NCBI RefSeq assembly: GCF_900199515.1
Contig: NZ_LT963434.1
Location: 963,272-995,271, forward strand
Source: Massilicoli timonensis
GTDB lineage: Bacteria; Bacillota_I; Bacilli_A; Erysipelotrichales; Erysipelotrichaceae
Length of the DNA: 32,000 bases
Reading direction: 5' to 3'
The position numbers and the translations under genes are program-made. The notes under the pieces were generated by a model. That model had not been told where the DNA came from and did no database searches. It saw nothing but the letters and a program-made list of their open reading frames with translations. This document shows, piece by piece, positions 1-12,503 of this stretch. The stretch's first letter is position 1. Each line of letters opens with the position of its first letter.

Positions 1-145
1 ATCTCTCGATATGCCGGATTCCTCCATTCGGATACCGACGGATCTTTGCGCTCGTACCACTCCCCGTCGCGTTTCGCCGTTTGATGCGTCCTTCTTCAGC
101 TCTATGTGTCTAGGCATCCACCATACGCCCTTCCTTACTTGATCA
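1..145 (-). rRNA. rrl: 23S rRNA, 5' end only (runs off the window start)
   Basis: Reverse complement of 1-145 reads GATCAAGTAAGGAAGGGCGTATGGTGGATGCCTAGACAC...GAAGGACG...CCGAATGGAGGAATCC. This is the conserved 5' block of bacterial 23S rRNA. It lies downstream of and co-oriented with the 16S gene. Confidence 0.9.
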
Positions 146-374
146 CTTCATGCTTTCCGCATGTTCGTGCTTTCGCTTCTTCTTGCTTCAGTGAACGGTT
201 TAACTATTTTTTCTCTTAACTGCTTTTCCTCAGTTCCTTAGTTTTTCCGTTTCTTTTCAGAAAGATCATGTATGTCTTCTGTTTATTCAGTTTTCAAAGA
301 TCGAGTTCCCTTGGGTCGCCTCTCGGCCTCCCAAAACTAAACAGGAATCCGTCCTCTTACACTCTTTCTCCTTA
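146..374 (-). other. 16S-23S internal transcribed spacer (about 229 nt) with no recognisable tRNA gene
   Basis: Lies between the 16S 3' end (..GGATCACCTCCTTTCT) and the 23S 5' end. I saw no cloverleaf-like GTGGC/TTCGA T-arm signature on reading. Confidence 0.7.
288..303 (-). promoter_or_regulatory. boxA-like rRNA antitermination element in the spacer
   Basis: Minus strand reads CGATCTTTGAAAACTG. This is nearly identical to the leader copy at 1991-2006 and to the Firmicute rrn boxA core (CTTTGAAAACT). Confidence 0.5.
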
Positions 375-1908
<1,534 letters not shown>

Positions 1909-1990
1909 TGATTTAGCTCTTACGCTTTCTAGCGTCTCTTTCCTTTTTCTTGAATCATTTCGATTCGGGTTTGAATTGACGTTTTCCTGT

Positions 1991-2006
1991 TTAGTTTTCA
2001 AAGACC
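1991..2006 (-). promoter_or_regulatory. boxA-like antitermination element in the rrn leader
   Basis: Minus strand reads GGTCTTTGAAAACTAA. It sits between the predicted rrn promoter and the mature 16S 5' end and is repeated in the ITS. Confidence 0.5.
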
Positions 2007-2037
2007 GACTTCTCGCACCCCTTTTCGGTGCTCGCTT

Positions 2038-2067
2038 ATAATATCAAATTCCTTCCCCTTATGTCAA
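2038..2067 (-). promoter_or_regulatory. rRNA operon promoter (-35 TTGACA, extended -10 TGATATTAT)
   Basis: Minus strand reads TTGACA-(18 nt)-TATTAT, with TG one base upstream of the -10. The -35 is at 2062-2067 and the -10 at 2038-2043, about 125 nt upstream of the 16S 5' end. Confidence 0.6.
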
Positions 2068-2068
2068 T

Positions 2069-2260
2069 CCCTTTTTTTATTTTTTTCCGTTTTTTCTCCC
2101 CTCCCTTCTCCTTCTCCCTTCCCTTGTCTTTTTTTGCCTTCTTTCCCTTCGCTTTTCTCCATCTTTTTTCTTTTATTTTAGATTTTATTCAGCAGTTTTC
2201 TTTTTATCCTCCCTCCTTTTCACCTAGCTTGTTGCTTTTCTCTTTTACTGTATGTCATAC
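2069..2260. repeat. Low-complexity polypyrimidine (+ strand) / polypurine (- strand) tract immediately upstream of the rrn -35
   Basis: By hand count, 2069-2190 has about 8 purines in 122 nt on the + strand (ccctttttttatttttttccgttttttctcccctcccttctccttctcccttcccttg...). The bias weakens but persists to about 2260. Confidence 0.85.
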
Positions 2261-2442
2261 GATTGCTAAATAATCAGAAGTCCCTATTCCAATTTACCGA
2301 AAACCTTTGAAATTCAGGCTGCCGCAAACCAAAAATGTTATTCCCTAAATTATATATTCGTCTGCATCATCAAATCATTATGAGGCTGTAACAGTTAAGT
2401 GATTTAATAAAGCATCACTTAGACTATTCGTCCCTTTATATA

Positions 2443-2475
2443 GCAAAAGGGCCCAGCAATATGCCAAGCCCTTGA
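2443..2475 (-). terminator. Candidate rpoC intrinsic terminator (weak)
   Basis: Minus strand reads AAGGGC-(15-nt loop)-GCCCTT followed by TTGCTATAT, 9 nt after the rpoC stop. The stem is short and the U-run poor. Confidence 0.35.
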
Positions 2476-2483
2476 TCACTGAC

Positions 2484-5400
2484 TTATTCTTCCAAAGTCG
2501 TTTCAGACATTTCCGCAAGATCCTCCTGTGCAACTACATTTTCCTGCTGCGGCACAAAATTCATAAATGCCGGAATGTCATCATCCTGTTTTTGCTTTTC
2601 TAAGCGTTTCTCACGCAGTTCTGCTGCCAATGCCGCAATTTGGCGAGAAGTTTCACGATCGGCATTGCATCCGGTACCAGCCGGGATCATCTTGCCGACG
2701 ATTACATTTTCTTTCAGACCGATCAGATGATCTTTCTTCGCTTTGATCGCCGCATCGGTCAGCACCTTCGTCGTTTCCTGGAATGATGCTGCCGACAAGA
2801 AGGAATCAGTTTCTACAGATGATTTGGAAATACCCAGTAATACCGGTGAGAACGTTGCAGGGCGTTTCCCCGACAACAAAGCCTCACGATTGATCTTGGT
2901 CATTTCCGTCAAAGAAACCTGCATGCCCGGATTCAAGGAAGTATCATTTCCTTCCAGCACGATCACTTTACGCATCATCTGGCGAATCATAACTTCGATA
3001 TGCTTGTCAGAGATTTCGATACCCTGGCTCGCATATACTTTTTTCACTTCCTTCAAGATATAGTTCTGGACTTCTTTGACACCGGCAACTTCTAACAGTT
3101 CTTTCGGATCGACCTGACCTTCCGTGATCTTGTCGCCTGCTTCCACATGCGTTCCGACCTTCATCCAAGAACGCAGCGCCTGCGCCATGTTCACTTTGTG
3201 GGAAATGCTTTCTTTTTCATTGGTAATGATGACTTCCTGTCCGCCGTCTAAGCGATTGATCGCTGTAATTTCACCGCTGATCTTCGCCAATACTGCTGCG
3301 CTTTTCGGGCAGCGTGCTTCAAACAGTTCTTCAACACGCGGAAGACCCTGGGTAATATCACCGCCGTCCGCAGAGGCAACCCCTCCGGTATGGAACGTAC
3401 GCATGGTTAACTGCGTACCCGGCTCACCGATTGACTGTGCCGCCATAATACCGACTGCTTCGCCGACTTCCACATCCTTACCGGTCGCCATATTTCTGCC
3501 GTAGCATTTTTTACATACACCGTAAATAGACTTACATGTGAAAGCACTTCTGATATACATGCCCTCAATACCTGCATCTACGATCTGTTTTGCAATGTCT
3601 TCGGTAATGAACTCATCGGAGTCGATGATCATTTCACCGGTCTGCGGATGCAGAACCGCCTGCTTGCTATAACGTCCGACTAAACGGTCATAGAAGGATT
3701 CGATCACAGAATTAGTCTTGCGATCCACCAATTCTTCTACCCAATAGCCCTGATCGCTGCCGCAGTCTTCCTGACGGATCACGACATCCTGCGCAACATC
3801 TACCAGACGACGTGTCAGATAACCTGATTCAGCTGTTTTCAAAGCGGTATCGGTCAGACCTTTGCGCACACCATGAGTGGAGATAAAGAACTCCGATACG
3901 TTCAACCCTTCACGGAAGCAGGAATAGATCGGTACCTCGATGATCGAAGGCACATATTCACCGTTCGCACTCTTCGACTGTGAAGGCTTGCTCATCAAAC
4001 CACGCATGCCGGCCAGCTGGGTAAAGTTTGAAATGTTACCACGGGCTCCGGAACGCGCCATCATATTGATCGGATTTTTACGATCCAATGAATCCATCAG
4101 CGCACCGGCAATGTCATCTTTTACATCAGCCCAAAGCTTATTCAGATGACGTTCCCATTCTTCCATCGTTACTTTTCCCTTTTTACGCAGGTTCATCAGT
4201 TTTGCGGCGTCTTGTTTGCCGCGTTCTACATATTCCGCCTTGTTCGGCGCTACTTCGATATCGGCTAACGATACTGTAATACCGGCAACGGTAGAATATT
4301 TGAATCCCATATTTTTAATTTCATCTAGGATTTCTGATGTCGTATCTACATCATAACGCTTAAATACTTCACCGATCACTTTTCCCAGATCCTTCTTTTT
4401 GAAGGCTGCCACGATTTCAATATCTTTCAGCGCTTCTTTTACATCCGTTCCCATCGGCACGAAATACTTGTCCGGCGTAGCCTTAAAGTTTTCGGTGCTG
4501 ACTTCATTCAGATATGGGAAATCGTGTGGGAACATGCCATTGTAAATGACCTTTCCGACCGTCGTGATCAGATACATCTCATTTTGCTTCGCCGTAAAGC
4601 ATGTTTTCTTTAATGATTTTGCCAAAATGGCAATACGGGAGTGCAGATGCACCTGTTTATTTTCATATGCCAGCAGCACTTCATTTGGATCAAAGTACAC
4701 ATGTCCTTCATTGCGGGCAAAAGTATTCCACATTTCCGCCGCATCCGGACAACCGACTGACAAATATTTATCTGCTTCATGACGCAGCTCCTCAGCGGTT
4801 TCTTCCATCGTCAGATAGAAGTTTCCCATGACCATATCCTGTCCCGGTGTTACGATCGGTTTCCCATCTTTAGGACCGAGGATATTGTGAGAGCCCAGCA
4901 TCAAGATCAATGCTTCGGCACGTGCTTCTTCGCTCAACGGTACGTGCACCGCCATCTGGTCGCCGTCAAAATCGGCATTGAAGGCGCCGCACACCAGCGG
5001 ATGCAGACGAATGGCGCGTCCTTCTACCAGTTTCGGCTTAAAGGCCTGGATTCCCAAGCGATGCAAAGTCGGCGCACGGTTCAAGAATACCGGGTAGCCG
5101 TCAATGACCTGCTCTACGATATCCCAGATACGCGGATCCTGGCGATCGATCAGTTTTTCTGCCGTTTTTGGATTGCTTGCGATCTCGCGATTCACGATCT
5201 CGTTGATCACAAACGGTTTGAACAACTGAATTGCCATTTCTCTTGGCAAGCCGCACTGATACATCTTCAGATCCGGTCCTACCGCAATAACGGAACGGCC
5301 GGAGAAATCGACACGCTTTCCTAACAGGTTCTGACGGAAACGTCCCTGTTTCCCCTTCAAGGAATGAGACAGCGATTTCAATGCACGTCCACCGGCGCCG

Positions 5401-6317
5401 GTAATCGGCTTGGAGCGGCGTCCGTTGTCAATCAGCGCATCGACTGCTTCCTGCAACATACGCTTCTCATTTTGAACGATGATTGCCGGTGTTCCCAGTT
5501 CCAATAATTTTTTCAATCGATTGTTACGAGTGATGACGCGGCGATAAAGATCATTCAGATCACTTGTCGCAAAGCGGCCGCCATCCAGCTGCAGCATCGG
5601 TCTTAGATCAGGCGGGATGACCGGAACATTTGTCAGGATCATCCATTCCGGACGATTTTCCGACTTTCTGAAAGCATCTACCGTGTCCAGACGCTTGATC
5701 AGTTTCTTGCGTTTCTCACCCTGTGCATCGGTCAATGCTGTTTGGATTTCCTGATATTCTTTTTCCAGATCCACTTCTTCCAAAAGTGTTTTGATCGCTT
5801 CGGCACCGGTTTGAGCCTTGAAAGAACCCGGCCCGTAGATCGCCATGTTTTCGCGATACTCTTTTTCCGATAAGATCTGTTTATACAATAATTTCGTATC
5901 CTTTGGATCCGTTACGATCCAGCTCACGAAGTAAACGACTTCTTCCAGCTGTTTCGGCGTAACATCTAGTAACAGCGCCATGCGAGATGGGATTCCGCGC
6001 AGATACCAGATATGTGCCACCGGCGCTGCCAGTTCAATGTGTCCCATGCGTTCACGACGAACACTTGATTTTGTGATCTCCACTCCGCAGCGATCACAGA
6101 TTACCCCTTTATAGCGCACTTTTTTATATTTTCCGCAATAACATTCCCAGTCTTTGCTCGGACCGAAAATTCTTTCACAGAACAAGCCGTCCCGTTCCGG
6201 TTTCTGGGAACGGTAATTGATCGTTTCCGGCTTTTTTACTTCTCCATAAGACCACTCACGTATTCTCTCTGGACTGGCCAAAGATACCTGAATGGAGGCA
6301 AAGTTATTAACACCCAT
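2484..6317 (-). CDS. rpoC: DNA-directed RNA polymerase subunit beta'
   Basis: 1277-aa ORF with the N-terminal zinc ribbon [20 protein letters not shown] and the catalytic [14 protein letters not shown] motif. An AGGAGG SD lies upstream of the ATG, and the start is 4 nt after the rpoB stop. Confidence 0.98.
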   Translation of the reverse strand: MGVNNFASIQVSLASPERIREWSYGEVKKPETINYRSQKPERDGLFCERIFGPSKDWECYCGKYKKVRYKGVICDRCGVEITKSSVRRERMGHIELAAPVAHIWYLRGIPSRMALLLDVTPKQLEEVVYFVSWIVTDPKDTKLLYKQILSEKEYRENMAIYGPGSFKAQTGAEAIKTLLEEVDLEKEYQEIQTALTDAQGEKRKKLIKRLDTVDAFRKSENRPEWMILTNVPVIPPDLRPMLQLDGGRFATSDLNDLYRRVITRNNRLKKLLELGTPAIIVQNEKRMLQEAVDALIDNGRRSKPITGAGGRALKSLSHSLKGKQGRFRQNLLGKRVDFSGRSVIAVGPDLKMYQCGLPREMAIQLFKPFVINEIVNREIASNPKTAEKLIDRQDPRIWDIVEQVIDGYPVFLNRAPTLHRLGIQAFKPKLVEGRAIRLHPLVCGAFNADFDGDQMAVHVPLSEEARAEALILMLGSHNILGPKDGKPIVTPGQDMVMGNFYLTMEETAEELRHEADKYLSVGCPDAAEMWNTFARNEGHVYFDPNEVLLAYENKQVHLHSRIAILAKSLKKTCFTAKQNEMYLITTVGKVIYNGMFPHDFPYLNEVSTENFKATPDKYFVPMGTDVKEALKDIEIVAAFKKKDLGKVIGEVFKRYDVDTTSEILDEIKNMGFKYSTVAGITVSLADIEVAPNKAEYVERGKQDAAKLMNLRKKGKVTMEEWERHLNKLWADVKDDIAGALMDSLDRKNPINMMARSGARGNISNFTQLAGMRGLMSKPSQSKSANGEYVPSIIEVPIYSCFREGLNVSEFFISTHGVRKGLTDTALKTAESGYLTRRLVDVAQDVVIRQEDCGSDQGYWVEELVDRKTNSVIESFYDRLVGRYSKQAVLHPQTGEMIIDSDEFITEDIAKQIVDAGIEGMYIRSAFTCKSIYGVCKKCYGRNMATGKDVEVGEAVGIMAAQSIGEPGTQLTMRTFHTGGVASADGGDITQGLPRVEELFEARCPKSAAVLAKISGEITAINRLDGGQEVIITNEKESISHKVNMAQALRSWMKVGTHVEAGDKITEGQVDPKELLEVAGVKEVQNYILKEVKKVYASQGIEISDKHIEVMIRQMMRKVIVLEGNDTSLNPGMQVSLTEMTKINREALLSGKRPATFSPVLLGISKSSVETDSFLSAASFQETTKVLTDAAIKAKKDHLIGLKENVIVGKMIPAGTGCNADRETSRQIAALAAELREKRLEKQKQDDDIPAFMNFVPQQENVVAQEDLAEMSETTLEE

Positions 6318-6321
6318 TTGA

Positions 6322-9300
6322 TTACGCCTCCTTTTCTTCGTCTAATGTTTCTTCAAAAGCGTCATTTTCCAAAGCGTCCACATCCAAACCGTCTGCTTCC
6401 TCTTTATCCATGAACGCATCTTCCTCTGCTTCTTCACTTGGTAGTAGCGAATCTACCGGTTTTCGCTCTTCCATGATCGGCAGCGGCAACGGCGTACTGT
6501 CTTCATCCTGCTTGCGCAGATCCACTTCATTGCCGTTCTCATCCAAGCATTTCACATCGATCGCCAGTGCCTGCAGCTCATGCTTCAGCACCCGGAATGA
6601 TTCAGGAATACCCGGTTCCGGAATATCCTTGCCTTTGATGATCGCCTCATATGTTTTCGTACGTCCGGTGATATCATCCGATTTTACCGTTGAGATTTCC
6701 TGCAGCGTATGCGCTGCACCATATGCTTCTAACGCCCAGAACTCCATTTCACCGAAACGCTGACCACCGTTTTGCGCTTTACCGCCTAACGGCTGCTGTG
6801 TAACCAAAGAGTAAGGTCCGGTCGCACGGGCATGCAGTTTATCATCTACCATGTGGGCAAGCTTGATCATATACATGACACCGACGGAAATGCGTTCATC
6901 AAACGCTTCTCCGGTGCGACCATCATAGAGCACCATCTTGCCGTCTTTCGTCATTTCCGCTTCATCCATGATATCGCGCAGTTCCTCATTGTTGATACCG
7001 TCGAATACCGGTGTTGCGAATTTTACGCCCAATTTCTTAGCCGCATAGCCAAGGTGGATTTCCAGTACCTGTCCAATATTCATACGGGAAGGCACACCAA
7101 ACGGATTCAACATGATATCGATCGGTGTTCCATCCGTCATATAAGGCATATCCTCGATTGGCAAAATCTTGGAGATGACGCCTTTGTTACCATGACGGCC
7201 CGCCATTTTATCTCCTTCGGAGATCTTACGTTTCTGCACGATGTAAACTTTTACCGTTTCATTGACGCCCGGTGGTAAATCATGCCCTTCACTGCGTTTG
7301 AAAGAGCGAATCGAATGTACGATGCCCGCACCGCCATGCGGCACTTTTAAGGAATTGTCGCGCACTTCTCGTGATTTCTCACCGAAGATCGCCAACAACA
7401 ACTTCTCTTCCGGAGAAATTTCACTCTGCCCTTTCGGCGTTACTTTGCCGACCAAAATGTCGCCTTCCATTACCTCGGCGCCGACCATGACGATTCCTCG
7501 GCTATCCAGATTGCGTGTCGCATTCTCGCCGACATTTGGAATATCACGCGTGATTTCTTCCGGCCCCAGTTTCGTTTCACGGCAGTCGATATCGTATTCT
7601 TCGATATGGATCGATGTATAAATATCATCACGCACCAAGCGTTCTGACATAATGATGGCATCTTCATAGTTATAGCCATACCATGTCATATAGGCGATCG
7701 TCGCATTCTGGCCAAGCGCCAGTTCACCGTTTTCCATCGACGGACCGTCTGCCAGGATATCACCTTTTTCGATCCGTTCTCCGCGGCGTACGATCGGCAC
7801 CTGATTGATGCTTGTTCCCGCATTGGAACGCGTAAATTTCTTCACATTGTATTCACGTTTATTACCGTCTTCTTCCGCCACGACAATACGCTGTGCGTCC
7901 ACATATTCAACGACCCCGTCTGCCTTCGCAACGATACCGGCGCCGGAATCCTTGGCAATCTTATGTTCGATACCGGTTCCGACAAACGGTGAATGCGGCT
8001 GTAACAGCGGCACTGCCTGACGCTGCATGTTCGCACCCATCAAAGCACGAGAAGCATCATCGTTTTCCAGGAATGGGATACACGCAGTCGCTACCGATAC
8101 GATCTGTTTCGGTGAAATATCGGCTAGTTCAACCTGCTCACGAGCAGCCAAGATCGTATCTCCCTTAAAGCGGGCTACGACCTGTTCATTAACCAAATGT
8201 CCGTTTACCACTTCGTTCGCCTGCGCAATGATGTAGTCCGCTTCTTCATCCGCAGACAGATAAACGGCTTCTTCCAATACACTGCCGTCTTTGGCAACGA
8301 TACGGTACGGCGTTTGAATAAATCCATATTCATTGATCTTCGCATAAGTCGTCAAGTTAGAGATCAAACCGATGTTTGGACCTTCCGGCGTTTCGATCGG
8401 ACAAATTCTTCCATAATGAGAAGAATGCACATCACGCACCTCAAAACCAGCGCGATCTCTGGTCAAACCACCCGGTCCCAGCGCCGAAATACGGCGTTTA
8501 TTCGTAAGTTCCGCAAGCGGATTCTGCTGATCCATGAACTGACTCAGCTGCGAGCTGGAGAAGAATTCCTTGATCGCTGCCGTCAGCGGGCGGATATTCG
8601 TTAATTTTTTCGGCGTCAATGTTGCGATTTCCGCAATCGACATTCTTTCTTTTACTACACGTTCCATACGACTCAAGCCGATCCTAAACTGATTCTGGAT
8701 CAATTCTCCCACTGAGCGGATCCGACGATTGCCCAGCATATCGATATCGTCTGTCGTGCCGACATTTTCCATCACATTCAGATTATAGGCATACAACGCA
8801 TACATATCGGAAATCGTGATCGTGTGCATATTCGCAAACGGATCATTGCCCAATACGCGAACGATCGCATCGCTGTCTGCTGTACGGATCAACAATTCCT
8901 GCATTGCCGCACCGACCAGCCAAGCATGCACTTCCTCACCTGCTTCTACCAATGCGCAAATTTCATCAACGGCATTTGCGGAAAGCAATTCGTTGCGCTT
9001 TTTCGGTGTAAAGCCTGCCGTATAAAGATCGCCGTCTGCGTCCACAATATCATTGCCTTTGCCATCGCTCAAACGTGCCAGCACATACATGCGCTGTCCA
9101 TAATTCAGCACCGCTTTTACATTTTCTTTCGTCAATAGCACATCTTTCGCATATACACCGCCGTAAACTGTAACCTTTTCCATTTCAGCACACAGTTTCT
9201 TCACGTCCTGCGCATGCAATACATCGCCGGCGTACAGCACTTTATCCTGAAGTTCCACGTCATTTGCCAAAACACGGCCGACAAGCCCGCTTGCCACCGT

Positions 9301-10506
9301 CGTTTCCACGCTTACTTTATCCGGATAAGTGAATACAGGATTGAATGGGAAAGCGGTCATATAAGTGCCCTTTGCCAGTTCTCCGCGCAGCACTTCCCGC
9401 TCATCGCGGTGGATCAGCGTGCTGCTTGGATATACGACATTGCCATTCACATCGACGATATCCTGCGCCAGATAGTTGTTTTCCAGACGGTTGATCGCAT
9501 TGAGCTTTTTACGCAGCTTAAAACGTCCCGCTTTGGTCAGATCATAGCGGCGCGGATCAAAGAATTTCGCATTCATTAAATTGATCGATCCATCTAATGT
9601 CGGAATTTCATCAGAACGCTGGTTTTCATAGATGGAAAGCAGCGCTTCCTGTGTTGTTTTTACCTTATCCTGCGCCAATGTGTTTTCCACTTCTTCATAT
9701 TTGCCGAAGAAAGCACTATATAAAATCTGATATAAGTCAAAGAACTCGCTGTTATCCGCATTTTCCGGCAGATCCACTTCGATATTTCTTCCCAGTGCAG
9801 ACAGGAATGCTTTGATCGGCGCGGTATTGAACGCATCTTCGTTCTGATCTAAATCAACAGACATCCCGACTGCCTTAAACAGGATCGAAGAAAGCATTTT
9901 CCGTTTCCGGTCAATGCTTACGCTCAAAACACGTCCGCCGGACGTCTTTTTCGTTTCAGTTAAAAATTCCAGCCAAGTACCTCTGCTTGGGATCAGTTCA
10001 CAGGCAAAGCTGTCTTTTCCCGTTCTTTCATCATAACCGGTCGAAAAATAAGCGCCCGGGGAACGAACGATCTGCGATACGATGACTCGTTCCGCTCCGT
10101 TGATGATGAATGTACCTGTTTCTGTCATCATCGGGAAATCGCCGAAATATACATCTTCCGGCTTCGTCATGACTTCACCGGTCGCATTGTCCGTTATTTC
10201 CAGTTCCATTTTTGCGCTTAACGGCGCCGCGAAATTACATTCACGGAACATTGATTCCTCCGCATTGAATTTCGGCTTGCCGAACTCATAGTCGATGAAT
10301 CGCAGCTTGATATTGCCGCCATAGTTGGAAATCGGATATATTTCCTCGAACACTTCGCGGATTCCCTCATTTTTGAACCATTCGTAAGAGTTGGTCTGTA
10401 CTTCTACCAGATTTGGCAGTTCCAGATTCCCGCTTACCTTTGAGTAATCTCGTCGTTGTGCCTTTTTACCGGCATTTACGACGCGATACGTCTGTTTTTT
10501 ATCCAT
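6322..10506 (-). CDS. rpoB: DNA-directed RNA polymerase subunit beta (oversized, about 1394 aa)
   Basis: Contains the rif-cluster region [26 protein letters not shown] and the [13 protein letters not shown] motif. The track start at 10515 overlaps the GAAAGGA SD. The ATG at 10506 (MDKKQTY) has an 8-nt spacing, so I prefer it. Confidence 0.97.
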   Translation of the reverse strand: MDKKQTYRVVNAGKKAQRRDYSKVSGNLELPNLVEVQTNSYEWFKNEGIREVFEEIYPISNYGGNIKLRFIDYEFGKPKFNAEESMFRECNFAAPLSAKMELEITDNATGEVMTKPEDVYFGDFPMMTETGTFIINGAERVIVSQIVRSPGAYFSTGYDERTGKDSFACELIPSRGTWLEFLTETKKTSGGRVLSVSIDRKRKMLSSILFKAVGMSVDLDQNEDAFNTAPIKAFLSALGRNIEVDLPENADNSEFFDLYQILYSAFFGKYEEVENTLAQDKVKTTQEALLSIYENQRSDEIPTLDGSINLMNAKFFDPRRYDLTKAGRFKLRKKLNAINRLENNYLAQDIVDVNGNVVYPSSTLIHRDEREVLRGELAKGTYMTAFPFNPVFTYPDKVSVETTVASGLVGRVLANDVELQDKVLYAGDVLHAQDVKKLCAEMEKVTVYGGVYAKDVLLTKENVKAVLNYGQRMYVLARLSDGKGNDIVDADGDLYTAGFTPKKRNELLSANAVDEICALVEAGEEVHAWLVGAAMQELLIRTADSDAIVRVLGNDPFANMHTITISDMYALYAYNLNVMENVGTTDDIDMLGNRRIRSVGELIQNQFRIGLSRMERVVKERMSIAEIATLTPKKLTNIRPLTAAIKEFFSSSQLSQFMDQQNPLAELTNKRRISALGPGGLTRDRAGFEVRDVHSSHYGRICPIETPEGPNIGLISNLTTYAKINEYGFIQTPYRIVAKDGSVLEEAVYLSADEEADYIIAQANEVVNGHLVNEQVVARFKGDTILAAREQVELADISPKQIVSVATACIPFLENDDASRALMGANMQRQAVPLLQPHSPFVGTGIEHKIAKDSGAGIVAKADGVVEYVDAQRIVVAEEDGNKREYNVKKFTRSNAGTSINQVPIVRRGERIEKGDILADGPSMENGELALGQNATIAYMTWYGYNYEDAIIMSERLVRDDIYTSIHIEEYDIDCRETKLGPEEITRDIPNVGENATRNLDSRGIVMVGAEVMEGDILVGKVTPKGQSEISPEEKLLLAIFGEKSREVRDNSLKVPHGGAGIVHSIRSFKRSEGHDLPPGVNETVKVYIVQKRKISEGDKMAGRHGNKGVISKILPIEDMPYMTDGTPIDIMLNPFGVPSRMNIGQVLEIHLGYAAKKLGVKFATPVFDGINNEELRDIMDEAEMTKDGKMVLYDGRTGEAFDERISVGVMYMIKLAHMVDDKLHARATGPYSLVTQQPLGGKAQNGGQRFGEMEFWALEAYGAAHTLQEISTVKSDDITGRTKTYEAIIKGKDIPEPGIPESFRVLKHELQALAIDVKCLDENGNEVDLRKQDEDSTPLPLPIMEERKPVDSLLPSEEAEEDAFMDKEEADGLDVDALENDAFEETLDEEKEA

Positions 10507-10589
10507 GCACGCCATCCTTTCTGCACATTTTTATCACCCAAAACGGGCATAAAAATCCATTCTAATTAAATAGTATTTTGCAATTTATT

Positions 10590-10618
10590 ATAATAGCAAC
10601 AGAATGTCAAGTTGTCAA
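10590..10618 (-). promoter_or_regulatory. rpoB promoter (-35 TTGACA, extended -10 TGCTATTAT)
   Basis: Minus strand reads TTGACAACTTGACATTCTGTTGCTATTATAAT. The first TTGACA (10613-10618) is 17 nt from TATTAT (10590-10595), which is preceded by TGC. Confidence 0.55.
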
Positions 10619-10707
10619 TGTTTTTTCTGGAAATCACCAGGATTTCTCAGTCATTACGATACCCTTCGCTTTGTGCGAAAAACATTCCACCTTATCCCCT
10701 TTTTTCA

Positions 10708-11310
10708 TTATACCCGTTTTACCGCTTTTAAGATCCAGTATCCCTTTTCTCTTGCCATGATTTCGCAGTTGCCAAACACGGAAGCGATCTTTTCCTTCGC
10801 ACTGGGCGCCCCCTGCTGTTTGCGGATCACGACCCAAAGCACACCGCCATCACGCAAGTGTGCATAAGCGCCTTCAAAGATCTGATAAATGACCTGCTTC
10901 CCCGCACGGATCGGCGGATTGGTGATGATTTCACTGAAATCATGATCTGCCACCGCTTCATAAAGATCCGATACGCAAATGGACACCTCCACTTCATTGC
11001 GTATGGCGTTTTCTTTAGCAAGCTGCACCGCGCGCGGATTGACATCGACCATGTGCATTTCACTTTTTGTAAAACGCTTTTTCAAGGTAATGCCGATCGG
11101 TCCATAACCACAGCCCATATCCAATACCTTCTCATGCAGTTCCCCCTGCTTGGCGATCGTTTCGATCAATGCCCGCGAACCGAAATCCACCGCATCTTTG
11201 GAAAAGACACCGTTATCGGTTTGAAAATAGAAAGTAAAACACCAAAACCGGAAAGATAGTTCCTTCCGGTTCTCTGCCAAATGACGATTGTCCGTAAAAT
11301 AATGATCCAT
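10708..11310 (-). CDS. ybxB: Class I SAM-dependent methyltransferase, RsmC/YbxB-like (MTS family)
   Basis: 200 aa with SAM motif VLDMGCGYGPIG, the NPPIRAG motif and FQTDNGVFSKDAVDFGS. It sits between rplL and rpoB, as ybxB does in Bacillus subtilis. Confidence 0.85.
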   Translation of the reverse strand: MDHYFTDNRHLAENRKELSFRFWCFTFYFQTDNGVFSKDAVDFGSRALIETIAKQGELHEKVLDMGCGYGPIGITLKKRFTKSEMHMVDVNPRAVQLAKENAIRNEVEVSICVSDLYEAVADHDFSEIITNPPIRAGKQVIYQIFEGAYAHLRDGGVLWVVIRKQQGAPSAKEKIASVFGNCEIMAREKGYWILKAVKRV

Positions 11311-11395
11311 AAAATCGTCCTTTCTTTAGGTGAAAAGAGCCTCAACTTACTCGATTCAGAAAAGGCCCTTTTATAAACAGTGTGTAAAGATAAAA

Positions 11396-11767
11396 TTACT
11401 TAACTTCAACAGAAGCGCCGGCTTCCATCAATTTCTTCTTGATTTCTTCCGCTTCTTCCGGTTTGATGTTTTCCTTGATTACGCTAGGTACTTTATCAAC
11501 CATGCCCTTAGCTTCTACAAGACCTAAACCAGTAATTTCACGTACGGCTTTGATGACCGCAACCTTCGTTCCACCAACATCTGTAAGTGTAACAGTTACT
11601 TCGCTTGGTCCAGCGCTTGCAGTGTCATCTGCAACTGCGGCAACTGCAACCGGTGCAGCTGCGGTAACACCGAATTCTTCTTCGATTGCTTTTACTAAAT
11701 CGTTTAATTCAAGAATTGACATCTCTTTCAGAGAAGCGATGATTTCTTCATTTGTTAATTTTGCCAT
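11396..11767 (-). CDS. rplL: 50S ribosomal protein L7/L12
   Basis: 123 aa. Contains [34 protein letters not shown], an Ala-rich hinge and a C-terminal EAKGMVDK...[14 protein letters not shown]. Confidence 0.98.
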   Translation of the reverse strand: MAKLTNEEIIASLKEMSILELNDLVKAIEEEFGVTAAAPVAVAAVADDTASAGPSEVTVTLTDVGGTKVAVIKAVREITGLGLVEAKGMVDKVPSVIKENIKPEEAEEIKKKLMEAGASVEVK

Positions 11768-11805
11768 TGTCCTTTATCCTCCTATAAAAATGTGTGTGCC
11801 GGAAA

Positions 11806-12306
11806 TTAAGCACCGGCTTCTTCTTTGCTGTCCGCAACTGCTTTTACAACGCATGCGTAATTGCGCACCGGCGCCTGTAAGCAGCTTAACAGCATGGAAA
11901 GCATGCCATCGCGGTTTGGTAGTGCAGATAACTGTTTGATCGTTTCTACATCAACTACTTTTCCTTCAACGATACCTGCTTTCAATACGAGATTTTCGTG
12001 TTCTTTCGCAAATTTCGCAAGTACCCGTGAAGGTGCCACTGCATCATTACCGAACGCGATCGCGTTTGGTCCTGTCAGACTTTCTGTTAAGGCGTTTACC
12101 CCTGCATCTTCTGCAGCACGCTGCGCCAGTTTATTTTTATAAACCTTGAATTCGACGCCTTCTTCACGAAGATTGCGACGCAGCTGGGTCACTTCCGCAA
12201 CAGTCAGCCCACGATATTCGACTACAACCGTAGAAGCGGAATTTTTCATCTTTTCGCTGATTTCCGATACGACTGCTTTCTTTGCATCGATTATCGCCTG
12301 ATTCAT
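11806..12306 (-). CDS. rplJ: 50S ribosomal protein L10
   Basis: 166 aa with typical L10 sequence ([22 protein letters not shown]..). An AGGAGGTG SD lies 6 nt upstream of the ATG. The gene is immediately upstream of rplL. Confidence 0.97.
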   Translation of the reverse strand: MNQAIIDAKKAVVSEISEKMKNSASTVVVEYRGLTVAEVTQLRRNLREEGVEFKVYKNKLAQRAAEDAGVNALTESLTGPNAIAFGNDAVAPSRVLAKFAKEHENLVLKAGIVEGKVVDVETIKQLSALPNRDGMLSMLLSCLQAPVRNYACVVKAVADSKEEAGA

Positions 12307-12462
12307 ACTTTACACCTCCTGTTTTTTATATGTAACAATATACCGCAGGATATAAAAACACTCGCACCCAAATAGACGTGCGAGTGAAAGTATTTATATG
12401 CTCTTTCTACCTCGGTAACATGATTAAGCGTTAAGCCGTTACTGTCTATGGTATATTGATAA
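12307..12462 (-). promoter_or_regulatory. rplJL 5' leader (L10-leader type autoregulatory attenuator region)
   Basis: This is a roughly 155-nt untranslated leader between the promoter and rplJ, and it contains a terminator hairpin (see the 12353-12386 terminator entry). The position and architecture match the L10(L12)4-responsive attenuation leader known in B. subtilis. No covariance model was run. Confidence 0.55.
12353..12386 (-). terminator. Leader attenuator/terminator hairpin upstream of rplJ
   Basis: Minus strand reads CACTCGCAC-GTCTATTTGG-GTGCGAGTG followed by TTTTTAT. This is a perfect 9-bp GC-rich stem plus a U-run, located inside the 5' UTR about 45 nt before the rplJ start codon. 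Confidence 0.7.
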
Positions 12463-12469
12463 CATCAGT

Positions 12470-12498
12470 ATTCTAATAAAATTTTATTTGTTTGTCAA
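12470..12498 (-). promoter_or_regulatory. rplJL promoter (-35 TTGACA / -10 TAGAAT, 17-nt spacer)
   Basis: Minus strand reads TTGACAAACAAATAAAATTTTATTAGAAT, starting 6 nt after the rplA stop. Confidence 0.65.
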
Positions 12499-12503
12499 TC
12501 CCA

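Noticed and set aside
2028-2273. 81-aa F/S/P-rich ORF (MLAYNIKFLPLMSIPFFIFF...)
   Set aside because: It is simply the translation of the polypyrimidine tract. It runs across the rrn promoter on the opposite strand, has no SD and has extreme low complexity.
2394-2421. 8-bp inverted repeat TAAGTGAT-(10 nt)-ATCACTTA between rpoC and the rrn promoter
   Set aside because: It is a real hairpin but has no flanking U-run on either strand and no recognisable motif. I cannot assign a function, so it is not called as a terminator.
2743-10291. Many 60-180 aa ORFs antisense to or out of frame within rpoC/rpoB (e.g. 4779..5324, 6832..7278, 8197..8604, 9214..9579)
   Set aside because: They are fully nested in two of the most conserved bacterial genes. 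They have odd composition (Cys/His/Arg-rich), lack SD sequences, and are typical shadow ORFs of codon-biased genes.
10604-10867. ORFs 10578..10760(+), 10604..10867(+) and 10634..10837(-) in the rpoB upstream region
   Set aside because: They overlap the rpoB promoter/leader and the 3' end of the methyltransferase gene. They have no SD and no recognisable sequence.
11311-11395. Possible terminator between rplL and the methyltransferase gene (AAAAGGGCC...GGCTCTTTT)
   Set aside because: The pairing needs a 22-nt loop and a G-U pair, and the stem is not followed by a U-run. It is too weak to call, and read-through into ybxB-rpoBC is plausible.
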